Positions 1-8,493 of a stretch of DNA of 64,000 nucleotides are shown in pieces. This DNA is from Deltaproteobacteria bacterium (GTDB lineage: Bacteria; Myxococcota; JACRCW01), in the NCBI GenBank assembly GCA_016218805.1, contig JACRCW010000022.1, positions 1 to 64,000 of the forward strand, given 5' to 3'. Position 1 is the first letter of the stretch. The number at the start of each line of letters is the position of its first letter. The translations under genes and the position numbers were made by a program. A model generated the notes under the pieces. The model was given only the letters and a program-made list of their open reading frames with translations. It ran no database searches and was not told the origin of the DNA.

Positions 1-2
1 GC

Positions 3-134
3 CGGCGCCGGCGCCGCGGCGGCCGGGGACGCGGTCACGGCGGCGAGGGCCAGGCGCCCCACGAGGGCGGCGGCGGCGGTGGTGGTGGCGAAGGCGGCGG
101 CGGCGCGCCGCCGGCAGGTGGGACGGCTGGATGA
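3..134 (+). CDS. 3' end of an upstream gene (partial), Arg/Gly-rich tail
   Basis: Frame from position 3 reads RRRRRGGRGRGHGGEG...TAG then TGA, overlapping the ATG of the next gene (ATGA at 131-134). Product cannot be identified. Confidence 0.5.
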   Translation, partial: RRRRRGGRGRGHGGEGQAPHEGGGGGGGGEGGGGAPPAGGTAG

Positions 135-778
135 GCCGGGACAGTCTTGACCGCAAGCTGGCCGAGCTGGACCCGCGCAGCGAGCGCTACCGCGCGCTGC
201 TGGCGGCGCGGGATTTCAAGGCGTCCTGGGTGCGGATGGCGGAGGCGCTGCACCAGGTGCAGGAGCTGGAGAAGCACCTGGAGTGGGGCTTCCACAGCTT
301 TGACGAGTACTGCGAAATGGAGCTGCGCATCAGCCCGCGCACCGCGCAGAAGCTGCTCAAGAGCTACCAGTTCCTCAACGAGCACGAGCCCGAGGCGGTC
401 AACCGCGGCGCGGACGACCCGCGCGAGCGGCCGGAGGTCCCGGACGTGGCCCAGGTGGCGTTCCTGGCCCGTGCCCGCAAGGACGAGCGCGTGCCGGAGC
501 CCGTCTACAAGAAGCTGCGCGACGCCGCGTTCCGGGATGGGGCCACGGTGACGGAGCTGCGCACCCGCCTCAAAGAGGCCGTGCCCGAGGCGCCCAAGCC
601 GCGGCCGGCGCGGGACAGCGCGCGTGCGCTGCGGGTGGCCCTCTCCCACGTGGCACGCACCCTGGAAGTGCTGTCTGAGGTGGACGGCCTGGACGACGAG
701 CTCATCCGCCTGGCGGAGAAGCTGCGCGACGAGCTGGCGCACCGCCTCCCCCGCACCGAAGAACGCGCGGCGGGGTAG
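131..778 (+). CDS. Conserved hypothetical protein, possible HTH-like segment
   Basis: Strong GC3 codon bias; WGFHSFDEYCEMELRISPRTAQKL resembles an HTH-like segment; ATGA coupling to the upstream gene. Confidence 0.75.
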   Translation: MSRDSLDRKLAELDPRSERYRALLAARDFKASWVRMAEALHQVQELEKHLEWGFHSFDEYCEMELRISPRTAQKLLKSYQFLNEHEPEAVNRGADDPRERPEVPDVAQVAFLARARKDERVPEPVYKKLRDAAFRDGATVTELRTRLKEAVPEAPKPRPARDSARALRVALSHVARTLEVLSEVDGLDDELIRLAEKLRDELAHRLPRTEERAAG

Positions 779-903
779 CCCTGCAGCGGCCGCCCCAGGC
801 ATGAGGAGAGTTGCGGGTGGGTGCGGGATGGGTCGGCGGCAGGCGGGGACGCCGCCCCTACCGGTGCGGCGGCACGAGTCGGCAGCGGGGGGGTGACGCC
901 GGC

Positions 904-1368
904 CTACCGGCGGCGCGGCGGAGCCTTCTGACAGCGGGGACACAGGCCGTGCATCTCGTGGCGGTGGCTCTCCACGCGGAACCCGTGCTGCGCGGCCACC
1001 TCGCGCTGCAGGCGCTCAATCTCCTCGTTCTCGAATTCCACGATCAGCCCGCACGCGCGGCAGATGAGGTGGTCGTGGTGCTCGCCGCGGCGCTGCGGCT
1101 CATAGCGCGCCTGCCCGTCACCAAAGTGCCGCTCCACCGCCAGCCCGCACTCCGTCAGCATCTTCAGCGTACGGTAGACGGTGGCGTACCCGATGCGCGG
1201 GTTCTTGCGCAGCACCATGCGGTGCAGGTCCCCAATGGCCACGTGCTCGTGCGAACCGAAGAAGGCCTCCATGATGGTGTCGCGCTGGGCGGTGGACTTC
1301 AGGCCGTTGCGGGCCATGTAGCCCTGCAGGACCTCGCGGGCCTGGTCGTTGATGGCGCTGTCCTTCAC
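904..1368 (-). CDS. fur: Fur-family transcriptional repressor
   Basis: GLKSTAQR, IGYATVYRTL, HHDHLICRACG and C-terminal CPRC motifs. Confidence 0.93.
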   Translation of the reverse strand: MKDSAINDQAREVLQGYMARNGLKSTAQRDTIMEAFFGSHEHVAIGDLHRMVLRKNPRIGYATVYRTLKMLTECGLAVERHFGDGQARYEPQRRGEHHDHLICRACGLIVEFENEEIERLQREVAAQHGFRVESHRHEMHGLCPRCQKAPPRRR

Positions 1369-1745
1369 GGCGTCCCTCCCTCCTGGGCCAGGTTGATGAC
1401 GGGCGCCCCACCGGGCACGTCAAACTCGGCGCTCGCTTGCAGCGTTCTACCGTCCCGGCTGCACAGTGCACGCGCGTGATAGCGCCCCGCGTGCAGGGTC
1501 AGGCGGTGGGAGACTTGGCGCGCGCCGGCGGGGACGGCCACGTTGGCGGTCCGGACCACCTGGCCGCCGCGGCGCAACTCCAGGTCCACGCTGCGCCCGG
1601 TGGCGGCGGGGGGCAGCAGCAGGCCCACCAGGACCTCCTGGCGGCCCAGCGCGGGGCGCAGCCAGGTCCACCCGCCCGCCCCCAAGGCAAGCGCAACGCC
1701 CAGCGCCAGCAACGGGCGCCGCGGCACCGGGCGCGGCGGGAGCAC
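1365..1745 (-). CDS. Membrane-anchored hypothetical protein
   Basis: N-terminal hydrophobic helix; 4-nt overlap with fur start; operon position. Confidence 0.6.
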   Translation of the reverse strand: MLPPRPVPRRPLLALGVALALGAGGWTWLRPALGRQEVLVGLLLPPAATGRSVDLELRRGGQVVRTANVAVPAGARQVSHRLTLHAGRYHARALCSRDGRTLQASAEFDVPGGAPVINLAQEGGTP

Positions 1746-1747
1746 GG

Positions 1748-2161
1748 TCAGCCCTTGGCCCGGCGGGGGCGCGGCCGGCGGCGCGCCTGCGGGGACAGAT
1801 TGCGGACCACCGGCTGGATCTTTCCGCGGGAATCCAGCTTGAAGCGGATCTCAGCGTGGACGTCCAGGACCAGGTGCTGGATGGCGCGCTCAAACAGCCG
1901 CTGGGTGTCCAGCGTCTCCAAAAAGGCGCGCATCTCACGCCCCAGCACGCTGACCACTTCCTCCTTGGTGTTCTCCGCCTGGTGCAGAAGGTAGGTGGCC
2001 ACCTCCTTGGGCAGTTTGATCTCCTTGAGCAGCGTGCGGACGCCCTCCTCCGTGGTCAGGAACGTGCCCACGCCGCTGATGAGCAGGCGCCTGAGCGCGT
2101 CCGCCACCCCACCGGACTCCTGCGGGTCATCCTGCACGTCGTCCTCGTCGTTACGCGCCAC
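1748..2161 (-). CDS. Conserved hypothetical helical protein (phasin-like pattern)
   Basis: GGAGG RBS before GTG; LRRLLISGVGTFLTTEEGVR amphipathic pattern; good codon bias. Confidence 0.7.
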   Translation of the reverse strand: MARNDEDDVQDDPQESGGVADALRRLLISGVGTFLTTEEGVRTLLKEIKLPKEVATYLLHQAENTKEEVVSVLGREMRAFLETLDTQRLFERAIQHLVLDVHAEIRFKLDSRGKIQPVVRNLSPQARRRPRPRRAKG

Positions 2162-2183
2162 GGGGAACCTCCGGAACGGCTGC

Positions 2184-2633
2184 TCAGTAGGAAATCTCCA
2201 GGGTCACCTGGGGCTGGTTGCTCGCGTGGCCGGCGCCGTCATGCGCCAGGATCCCCACCGTGAAGGTGGAGCCGGCGCGCGGCGGGTCATCATCCGGGAT
2301 GGCAATCTCCAGCTCAAACTGCATGCGGCCGGCGCGCGCGTCCGCCGCCAGCCCGCTGCGCAGGAACACGGGGGCCAACGGGAGGGCGTTCTGCACCGCG
2401 GGCGCGCCGTTGATGAGCGGCGCAAAGTCCCCGGCCGCCAGGTCGCGGTCCGCGTCGCGGAAGTCCACGCTGAACAGCAGCACGCGTTCGTTGTCAGCCG
2501 CCTGCCCGTCCAGCGTGAGGGCGGTGAGCAGCGGCAGGTCCGGGTTGTTCTCCTGTTCGGTGGGCGGGGTGCACGCCGCGCACGCCAGCGCCAGGGCACC
2601 AAGCCAAACCGCCGGACACAACAGCCTGCGCAT
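2184..2633 (-). CDS. Putative lipoprotein
   Basis: Signal peptide ending LACAAC; beta-rich mature domain. Confidence 0.7.
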   Translation of the reverse strand: MRRLLCPAVWLGALALACAACTPPTEQENNPDLPLLTALTLDGQAADNERVLLFSVDFRDADRDLAAGDFAPLINGAPAVQNALPLAPVFLRSGLAADARAGRMQFELEIAIPDDDPPRAGSTFTVGILAHDGAGHASNQPQVTLEISY

Positions 2634-2675
2634 GGCAGCCAGTGTTATGGGAGGCGCCCCGTCGTGTCCAGCCCG

Positions 2676-3158
2676 TCAGCGGCGCAGCTCCTCGTCAACC
2701 ATCCGGAGCAGGTCCGCGTACGGCACGTAGCCCACAAAGCCCTGGCGGACCGTCCCGTCCCGTCCCACCACGTACACGCGCGGCACTTCCTGCGGCCGGC
2801 CGAAGGGCGTGCGCCCCTCCAGGAAGGTCCCATCCGGCATCCACAGCGGGTAGCCCGGCTTGAGGGTGCGCTCAAACGACGTGAGCGCGAGGGCACCTTC
2901 CAGGTCCAGCCCGATCCCGACGACCGAGACTTCCTTGTTCCGCTGTTGGGCCAGCGCGCGCAGGTCCGCCACCTGCCGCAGCCCGGGCACGTCCCACGTG
3001 GTGAACACGTGCACCACCACCACGCGGCCCTTGTGCGGCCGCAGCGTGGTGGACCGCCCGTCCAGCGTCTTGAACAGCACGTCATGGACGGTCCCGCCGG
3101 CGGCGGCGGCCACCCCGGGGGCAAGCAGGCAGGCGGCCAGCAGCAACGCGCGCATCAC
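2676..3158 (-). CDS. TlpA/redoxin-fold exported protein lacking the CxxC motif
   Basis: Signal peptide; KGRVVVVHVFTTWDVPG aligns to KGKvvlvnFwatWCxPC; cis-Pro motif VPRVYVVGRDG. Confidence 0.8.
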   Translation of the reverse strand: MMRALLLAACLLAPGVAAAAGGTVHDVLFKTLDGRSTTLRPHKGRVVVVHVFTTWDVPGLRQVADLRALAQQRNKEVSVVGIGLDLEGALALTSFERTLKPGYPLWMPDGTFLEGRTPFGRPQEVPRVYVVGRDGTVRQGFVGYVPYADLLRMVDEELRR

Positions 3159-3223
3159 GGGAGCTTGTAGCGCCGCCCGGCGCGCATGACACGCCGTCCG
3201 GCGCTGGGTATTGCCGCGCCCCC

Positions 3224-4399
3224 ATGTCCGTGGTCGCCGTGCTCCTGCTGGCCTGCGCCTCCGTCGGCGGCACCGCTGACCCCACGGCGGACGCGCGGCG
3301 CGTGGTGCTTGCGGTGCAGTACGTGGGCACGGACTACCCGCTGGCGGTGCGGGACGGGACCGTCATCAACGCGTTTGAATACGACGAGCAGACGGCGTTT
3401 CTCCGTGACGCGGTGGCGCTGTACGCGCAGCGGGTGCCGGCCGGCCGGCATGCGGCGGCGCTGGAAGCGCTGCGGGACGCGCACGCGCGCAGGGTCCCGG
3501 CGCCGGAGCTGGCGGCGCGCGCGCGCGCGCTGGCGCCACCGCTGGCTGACGAGCTCACCCTGCCCGCGGCACCGGCGGCCTGGCCGCCGCTGGACAGGGC
3601 GCGGGCGGTGTTCGCCACGGTGTGCGCCAACTGCCATGGCGCCACCGGCATGGGGGATGGGCCGTTGGGCAAGCCGCTGGTCCCACCGCCGGCCACCATG
3701 GCCGTGCCCGCGTGGGCGGACGAGCGCGCGCCCTTCCAGCTGTACAACACCATCACGCTGGGCATCCGCGGCACCGGCATGATGGGCTACGCCCCGCAGC
3801 TGGACGAACAGACCCGCTGGGCGCTGGCGTTCCTGGTGCTCACCCTGCGCACCCCGGCGCCGGACGCGCCGCCCGCGCCTGCCCTTCCGCTGGCGCGGCT
3901 GGCGTCCCGCACCAACCGGCAGCTGGCGGAGGACCTGGTCACGCAGCGGCGGGCGCCGGACCTGGCCGCGGGACTGGTGCTGGCGGACGCAGCGCGCCGC
4001 GCACCACCGCCGCGGCCCACCCCGGAGCAGGCGTTGCACGCCGTGACCACCGCCGCCCGCGAAGCCGCCGCACTGGTGGCCGCCGGGGAGCGGCCGCGCG
4101 CGGACAACTTGATGGACGAGGTGGTGGCCGGCAGCCTGCGGGAGGTGGCGCAGGACCTGCGGCTCCGTGACGCGGCGGGGACGGACGCGCTGCTGGGCGC
4201 GGTGCGGTCGCTGCGCGGGGCCATCACCGACGGGAGCAACGTGGACGCGCGCGTGGCGGACGTGCTGGCGCGCGCGGAGGCGCTGGCGGTGGCCAACCAG
4301 CCGGGCGGTGCAGGCCCGGGCTGGGGATGGCTGCCGACGGCGCTGGGCGCGCTGCTGGTGCTGGCCGGCCTGGTGGTGCTGCTGCGCCGGCCGCGATGA
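3224..4399 (+). CDS. c-type cytochrome resembling the N-terminal part of cytochrome c/FTR1 iron-permease fusions, with a C-terminal membrane anchor
   Basis: YVGTDYPLAVRDGTVINAFEYDEQ segment, CANCHG heme motif, GIRGTGM distal Met region, one C-terminal TM helix. Confidence 0.75.
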   Translation: MSVVAVLLLACASVGGTADPTADARRVVLAVQYVGTDYPLAVRDGTVINAFEYDEQTAFLRDAVALYAQRVPAGRHAAALEALRDAHARRVPAPELAARARALAPPLADELTLPAAPAAWPPLDRARAVFATVCANCHGATGMGDGPLGKPLVPPPATMAVPAWADERAPFQLYNTITLGIRGTGMMGYAPQLDEQTRWALAFLVLTLRTPAPDAPPAPALPLARLASRTNRQLAEDLVTQRRAPDLAAGLVLADAARRAPPPRPTPEQALHAVTTAAREAAALVAAGERPRADNLMDEVVAGSLREVAQDLRLRDAAGTDALLGAVRSLRGAITDGSNVDARVADVLARAEALAVANQPGGAGPGWGWLPTALGALLVLAGLVVLLRRPR

Positions 4400-4404
4400 G
4401 CGCG

Positions 4405-5067
4405 TCACCAGCGCAGCCGCGGCCAGCCGTGTGCGCGGGCCAGCCGCCGCAGGCGCGGGTCCGGGTTCACCGCCACGGGGGTCCCCACCTCCCGCAGCAG
4501 CGGCGTGTCCGACGCGCTGTCCGTGTAGAAGCTGCAGGCGGACAGCGGGACGCCGCGGGCCTCCGCGTAGAGCCGGGCGGCCTCCACCTTGTGGGCACCA
4601 AAGCACATGGGACCCGCCAGCGCGCCCGTCAGCCGCCCCTCCCGCACCTCAAAGCGCGAGCAGCGCACCGCCATCCGCAGGTGGCGCCCCAGCGGCTCCA
4701 CCACGTAGTCCGGTGACGCGCTCAGGATGACCACGTCATCGCCGCGGGCGCGGTGCTCCTCCAGGCGGGCCAGCGCGGGCGCGCTCAGGCGCGGGATGAT
4801 CAGTTCGCGCGCGCACCGCTCACCGCGGGCGCGGTGGTCCGCATCCAGGCCGCCGGCCACCCGGCCAATCACCGCCGCCACCACGCGCTGCGTATCCACC
4901 AGGTTGAGGAAATACAGCAGCAACAGGAAGCCGGCGCGCATCAGCGTAAACAGCGGGATGACGCCGTCCCGCCGGAGCATCCGCAGGTAGAGCAGGCTGG
5001 TGTGGTGGGGCAGCAGCGTGCGGTCCAGGTCAAAGAACGCGACCGCACGGAGCGGGGTGGTGCTCAA
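4405..5067 (-). CDS. HAD-IB family hydrolase (SerB-like)
   Basis: FFDLDRTL, ILSAS, conserved K, YTDSASD and VNPD motifs. Confidence 0.9.
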   Translation of the reverse strand: MSTTPLRAVAFFDLDRTLLPHHTSLLYLRMLRRDGVIPLFTLMRAGFLLLLYFLNLVDTQRVVAAVIGRVAGGLDADHRARGERCARELIIPRLSAPALARLEEHRARGDDVVILSASPDYVVEPLGRHLRMAVRCSRFEVREGRLTGALAGPMCFGAHKVEAARLYAEARGVPLSACSFYTDSASDTPLLREVGTPVAVNPDPRLRRLARAHGWPRLRW

Positions 5068-6077
5068 CCGCTGGGACGGACCGTGAATGTGACTTCCATT
5101 TCCACGGAGAACTTCACGGTGCCGCCCGGCTTGGCAAAGCTCTCGCAGTAGTCGTCTCGTTCCGTCACCAGGTGGCCGGGCATCTTGCAGTTGTCTTCGC
5201 GGGCGGCGTCCGTCTCCGGGGGGATGTCCGGCTGGGCCTGTGCGGCCAGCGTGGCCTTGAAACCACGGATGGCGTCCGACAGGACGGCCTTGCCGGCGGC
5301 TTCCAGCTGCATGTTGCGGTTGCCGGTGAACATGGCGGTGACGTTGCTGAGGGTGCCAAACAGCGTGACCTTCTGATCGGCAATGAGCTGCTTGGCCACA
5401 CGGACCTCCTCGTCACTCACCGGCTTGCCCACAAACATCTCCGTGGTGGGCACCGCGTACGGGAACGAGTTCTCCTTGAACTTGAAGGTCACGCGCTGGA
5501 CGGTGACCTTGCGGACCTGGCTGACGTCCTTGAGAGAGCCCTTTTCGCTCAGGTCAAACTTCACCGCCTGGGCAATCTTGGTCAGTTCCTCAACGCCGTC
5601 CACCTCCATCAGCCACGCGCTCACATCCACGCAGCCGTTCCCGGGCGGCAGGCTGGTGGTGCTGACCGTGCCGCTGGCCACCAGCGCGGGGTCCGTGGGG
5701 TCACAGGTGGAAGACGTGGTGTGATTGGCGGCAGGCACCAGGGTGGGCGGGTTGGTGCTGCGGTTGATGTAGCCGGCCGGCCAGATGTACCGCGGGATGC
5801 GGACGGGGAAGCGGGGGTCGGTGTCGCAGGTGGTGGCGGCGGGGTCCGCCTTGCACAGCGTCACCAGGATCTGCCGGTTGGAACCGCCGTCGCTGTTGAT
5901 CTTGTCTTCCAGCTTGGTGACCTGCTCGGAGACGTTGACCGTGATGTCCGGGCTCTCCTGGGACACGGTGATGTCATAGTCGCTGCCGAGGATCCGGTTG
6001 ATCTCGCCCTCGATGTCGGTCCCGCACCCGGCCGCGACGATCGCCGCGCCTGCCAGCATTCCCAGCCTTCGCATCAT
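5064..6077 (-). CDS. Putative lipoprotein
   Basis: Lipobox AAGC; GGAG RBS; strong codon bias. Confidence 0.75.
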   Translation of the reverse strand: MMRRLGMLAGAAIVAAGCGTDIEGEINRILGSDYDITVSQESPDITVNVSEQVTKLEDKINSDGGSNRQILVTLCKADPAATTCDTDPRFPVRIPRYIWPAGYINRSTNPPTLVPAANHTTSSTCDPTDPALVASGTVSTTSLPPGNGCVDVSAWLMEVDGVEELTKIAQAVKFDLSEKGSLKDVSQVRKVTVQRVTFKFKENSFPYAVPTTEMFVGKPVSDEEVRVAKQLIADQKVTLFGTLSNVTAMFTGNRNMQLEAAGKAVLSDAIRGFKATLAAQAQPDIPPETDAAREDNCKMPGHLVTERDDYCESFAKPGGTVKFSVEMEVTFTVRPSG

Positions 6078-6176
6078 GGTTCGCTCCCCGACCCGTCACG
6101 GGCCGTCCACACCCTTGTCCGGAGCAGTGTAGGCGGCCCGGCCGGGTGTTCAAGGGGCGGAAGCTTGTGCGCCCGG

Positions 6177-7196
6177 TCACGGGCGCAGCAGGCGGCCAAG
6201 CCAGGCGGCCACTTCGGACTGCGGGTCGCTCTGGCGGTGCAGCACGCGGCCCACCATGGCCGTCACACCGGCGTCACCGCCGGCCGCGTGAAGGGCGGCG
6301 CGCATCAGCTCATGCTGCAGCAGCGCCAGCAGCCCCCGCCGGGCGCGCGCCTGGCGCCGGGCCAACAGCCCACCGGTGGCCTCCATGTGCGCGTGGTGCC
6401 GGTCCACCTGCGTGAGCAGAGCCGCCACCCCCTCCCCCCGCTGCGCCACCGTCTTGATGATGGGCGGCTCCCAGTCCAGCGACGCCGCCGCGGGCGCCAG
6501 GTCCATGCCGGCGGCGTGGTGGCCGTGGGCCATCCGCTCGGCCTGGGCGCGCGCCACGGCCTGGTCGCGCAGGTGCAGCATCATCTCCAGCTCGCGCACG
6601 GTGCGGTCCGCGCCCTCACGGTCCGCCTTGTTCACCACAAACACGTCCGCAATCTCCATGATGCCCGCCTTGATGGCCTGCACCTCGTCACCCAGGCCCG
6701 GCACGCACACCACCACCACGGTGTCCGCCAGGCGGATGATGTCCACCTCATCCTGGCCCACGCCCACCGTCTCCACGATGATGACGTCCTTGCCCATGGC
6801 GTCCAGCACCGCCACCACGTCGGAAGTCGAGCGGGACAGGCCGCCCAGCGCGCCGCGGGTGGCCAGGCTGCGGATGAACACGCCCTCGTCCGTGGCGTGC
6901 TCCATCATGCGGATGCGGTCACCCAGGATGGCGCCACCGGAGAACGGGCTGGAGGGGTCCACCGCCACCACGCCCACGGTGCGGCCCGCCGCACGGTGCG
7001 CGCGGATGAGCTCATTGGTGAGCGTGCTCTTGCCGCTGCCGGGGTTGCCCGTCACGCCCACCACGCGCGCGTGCCCGGTGCGGGCGTGCAGCCGGGCAAG
7101 CTCCTCGCGGGAACCCGGGATGTCATCATCCAGGTCCCGCATGAGGCGGGCCACCGCGCGCACGTCCCCGGCAAGAACCCTGTCCGCAAGTTCCAT
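6177..7196 (-). CDS. meaB: MeaB/ArgK GTPase (methylmalonyl-CoA mutase chaperone family)
   Basis: GNPGSGKST, AVDPSSPFSGGAILGDRIRM, ETVGVGQDE, NKAD. Start moved to MELADRV at 7196. Confidence 0.93.
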   Translation of the reverse strand: MELADRVLAGDVRAVARLMRDLDDDIPGSREELARLHARTGHARVVGVTGNPGSGKSTLTNELIRAHRAAGRTVGVVAVDPSSPFSGGAILGDRIRMMEHATDEGVFIRSLATRGALGGLSRSTSDVVAVLDAMGKDVIIVETVGVGQDEVDIIRLADTVVVVCVPGLGDEVQAIKAGIMEIADVFVVNKADREGADRTVRELEMMLHLRDQAVARAQAERMAHGHHAAGMDLAPAAASLDWEPPIIKTVAQRGEGVAALLTQVDRHHAHMEATGGLLARRQARARRGLLALLQHELMRAALHAAGGDAGVTAMVGRVLHRQSDPQSEVAAWLGRLLRP

Positions 7197-7307
7197 GGCC
7201 ACTCCGTCCGCCCCGCGGGGAAAACTCCAGGCGGCGGGCGGCCTTAGCGCGTGGCCCCCGGGAGCGCCAAGCCCGGGCGGGCGCGCGGGCCCTTGCCAGC
7301 GGCGCGC

Positions 7308-7322
7308 TGGAACACATCTTGC
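7308..7322 (+). promoter_or_regulatory. sigma54 -24/-12 promoter candidate for dnaJ
   Basis: TGGAACACATCTTGC (GG-N10-GC), 42 nt before the ATG at 7365. Confidence 0.5.
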
Positions 7323-7364
7323 GCGGTCGGAGGCGGCCGGGGACCGGGCCGGAGCGGTGTGCAC

Positions 7365-8453
7365 ATGGCGGAGCGGGGTGACCTGTACGGGGTGCTGGGC
7401 GTCGCACGGGACTGCTCAGAGGAGGATCTCAAGCGGGCCTATCGGCGGCTGGCGCTCGAGTGCCACCCCGACGTCAACCCGGGTGACAACGCGAAGGAGG
7501 CGCGGTTCAAGGAGATCAACGTTGCCTACGAGACGCTCAAGGACCCCGCGCGGCGCGCGCTGTACGACGAGTTTGGTGCGGCGGCGTTGCAGCAGGGGTT
7601 TGACGCGGACCAGGCGCGGGCGTGGCGGGCACCGCCGGGCGGCGGGACGCCGTGGGCGGAAGGCGCCGGGTACGACGTGGCGGACCTGTTGGGGCAGGCG
7701 TTTGGTGGTGGAGTGCGGCGCACGCCGCGCAGCGGGCCGGCGCCGCGCGACGTGGCGCTGGCGGTGGAACTGGACCTGGGGCAGGCATTGCGCGGGACGC
7801 ACCTGGACGTGGAGGTGCCCCAGTGGCGCGCGTGCGGCGCCTGCGGCGGCTCCGGCGAGCAGCCCGGCGCGCAAGCTGCTTCCTGCCGCGGGTGCCGCGG
7901 GACGGGGCGGGCCACCATTGGGGACGGGCCGTTCCGCGTCAGCGCCGCGTGTGACGAGTGCGGCGGGTCCGGGGCGCGGCGGCCGGCGTGCGGAATGTGC
8001 CGCGGGCGGGGCGCCGTGGAGCGCCGCGAGCGCGTCCGCGTGCGCATCCCCCCGGGTGCGGATGACGGGTCCCGGCTGCGGGTGCCTGGGCACGGCTCCG
8101 CGGGCGGAGACCTGGTGATTGAGACGCGCGTGCGCCCGCACCCACACTTCCGCCGCGACGGTCTGGACCTGCACCTGAAGCTGCCCGTCACGCTGGACGA
8201 GGCCTGGAACGGGGCCAGCATTGACGTGCCCACGGTGGACGGGGCGGTGAAGCTGCGCGTGCCGCCGCGAAGTTCAGGGGGCACCGTGCTGCGCCTGCGC
8301 GGCAAGGGTGTCCACCGCGGCGATGAGTCCGGGGACCTGTACGCGGAACTGCGCGTGGTGCTGCCGGATGCACCGGACCGCGCGTTTGACGACGCCGTGC
8401 GGGCCTCCGCGCGGGCGTACCGCACGCCGGTGCGGGCCGGCTTGGGGTTGTAG
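7365..8453 (+). CDS. dnaJ: DnaJ-class chaperone with zinc finger
   Basis: J-domain with HPD, four CxxCxGxG repeats, C-terminal DnaJ_C domain. Start MAERGDLY at 7365. Confidence 0.9.
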   Translation: MAERGDLYGVLGVARDCSEEDLKRAYRRLALECHPDVNPGDNAKEARFKEINVAYETLKDPARRALYDEFGAAALQQGFDADQARAWRAPPGGGTPWAEGAGYDVADLLGQAFGGGVRRTPRSGPAPRDVALAVELDLGQALRGTHLDVEVPQWRACGACGGSGEQPGAQAASCRGCRGTGRATIGDGPFRVSAACDECGGSGARRPACGMCRGRGAVERRERVRVRIPPGADDGSRLRVPGHGSAGGDLVIETRVRPHPHFRRDGLDLHLKLPVTLDEAWNGASIDVPTVDGAVKLRVPPRSSGGTVLRLRGKGVHRGDESGDLYAELRVVLPDAPDRAFDDAVRASARAYRTPVRAGLGL

Positions 8454-8493
8454 GCGCCGCGCGCGGAAAGGCCGGTCCTGCAGCGCCCCCCGG

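Noticed and set aside
5172..7247. Long antisense or alternate-frame ORFs (e.g. 5172-7247, 26726-28654, 28651-30303, 37961-39307)
   Set aside because: Shadow ORFs typical of high-GC DNA, overlapping well-supported genes and lacking motifs.
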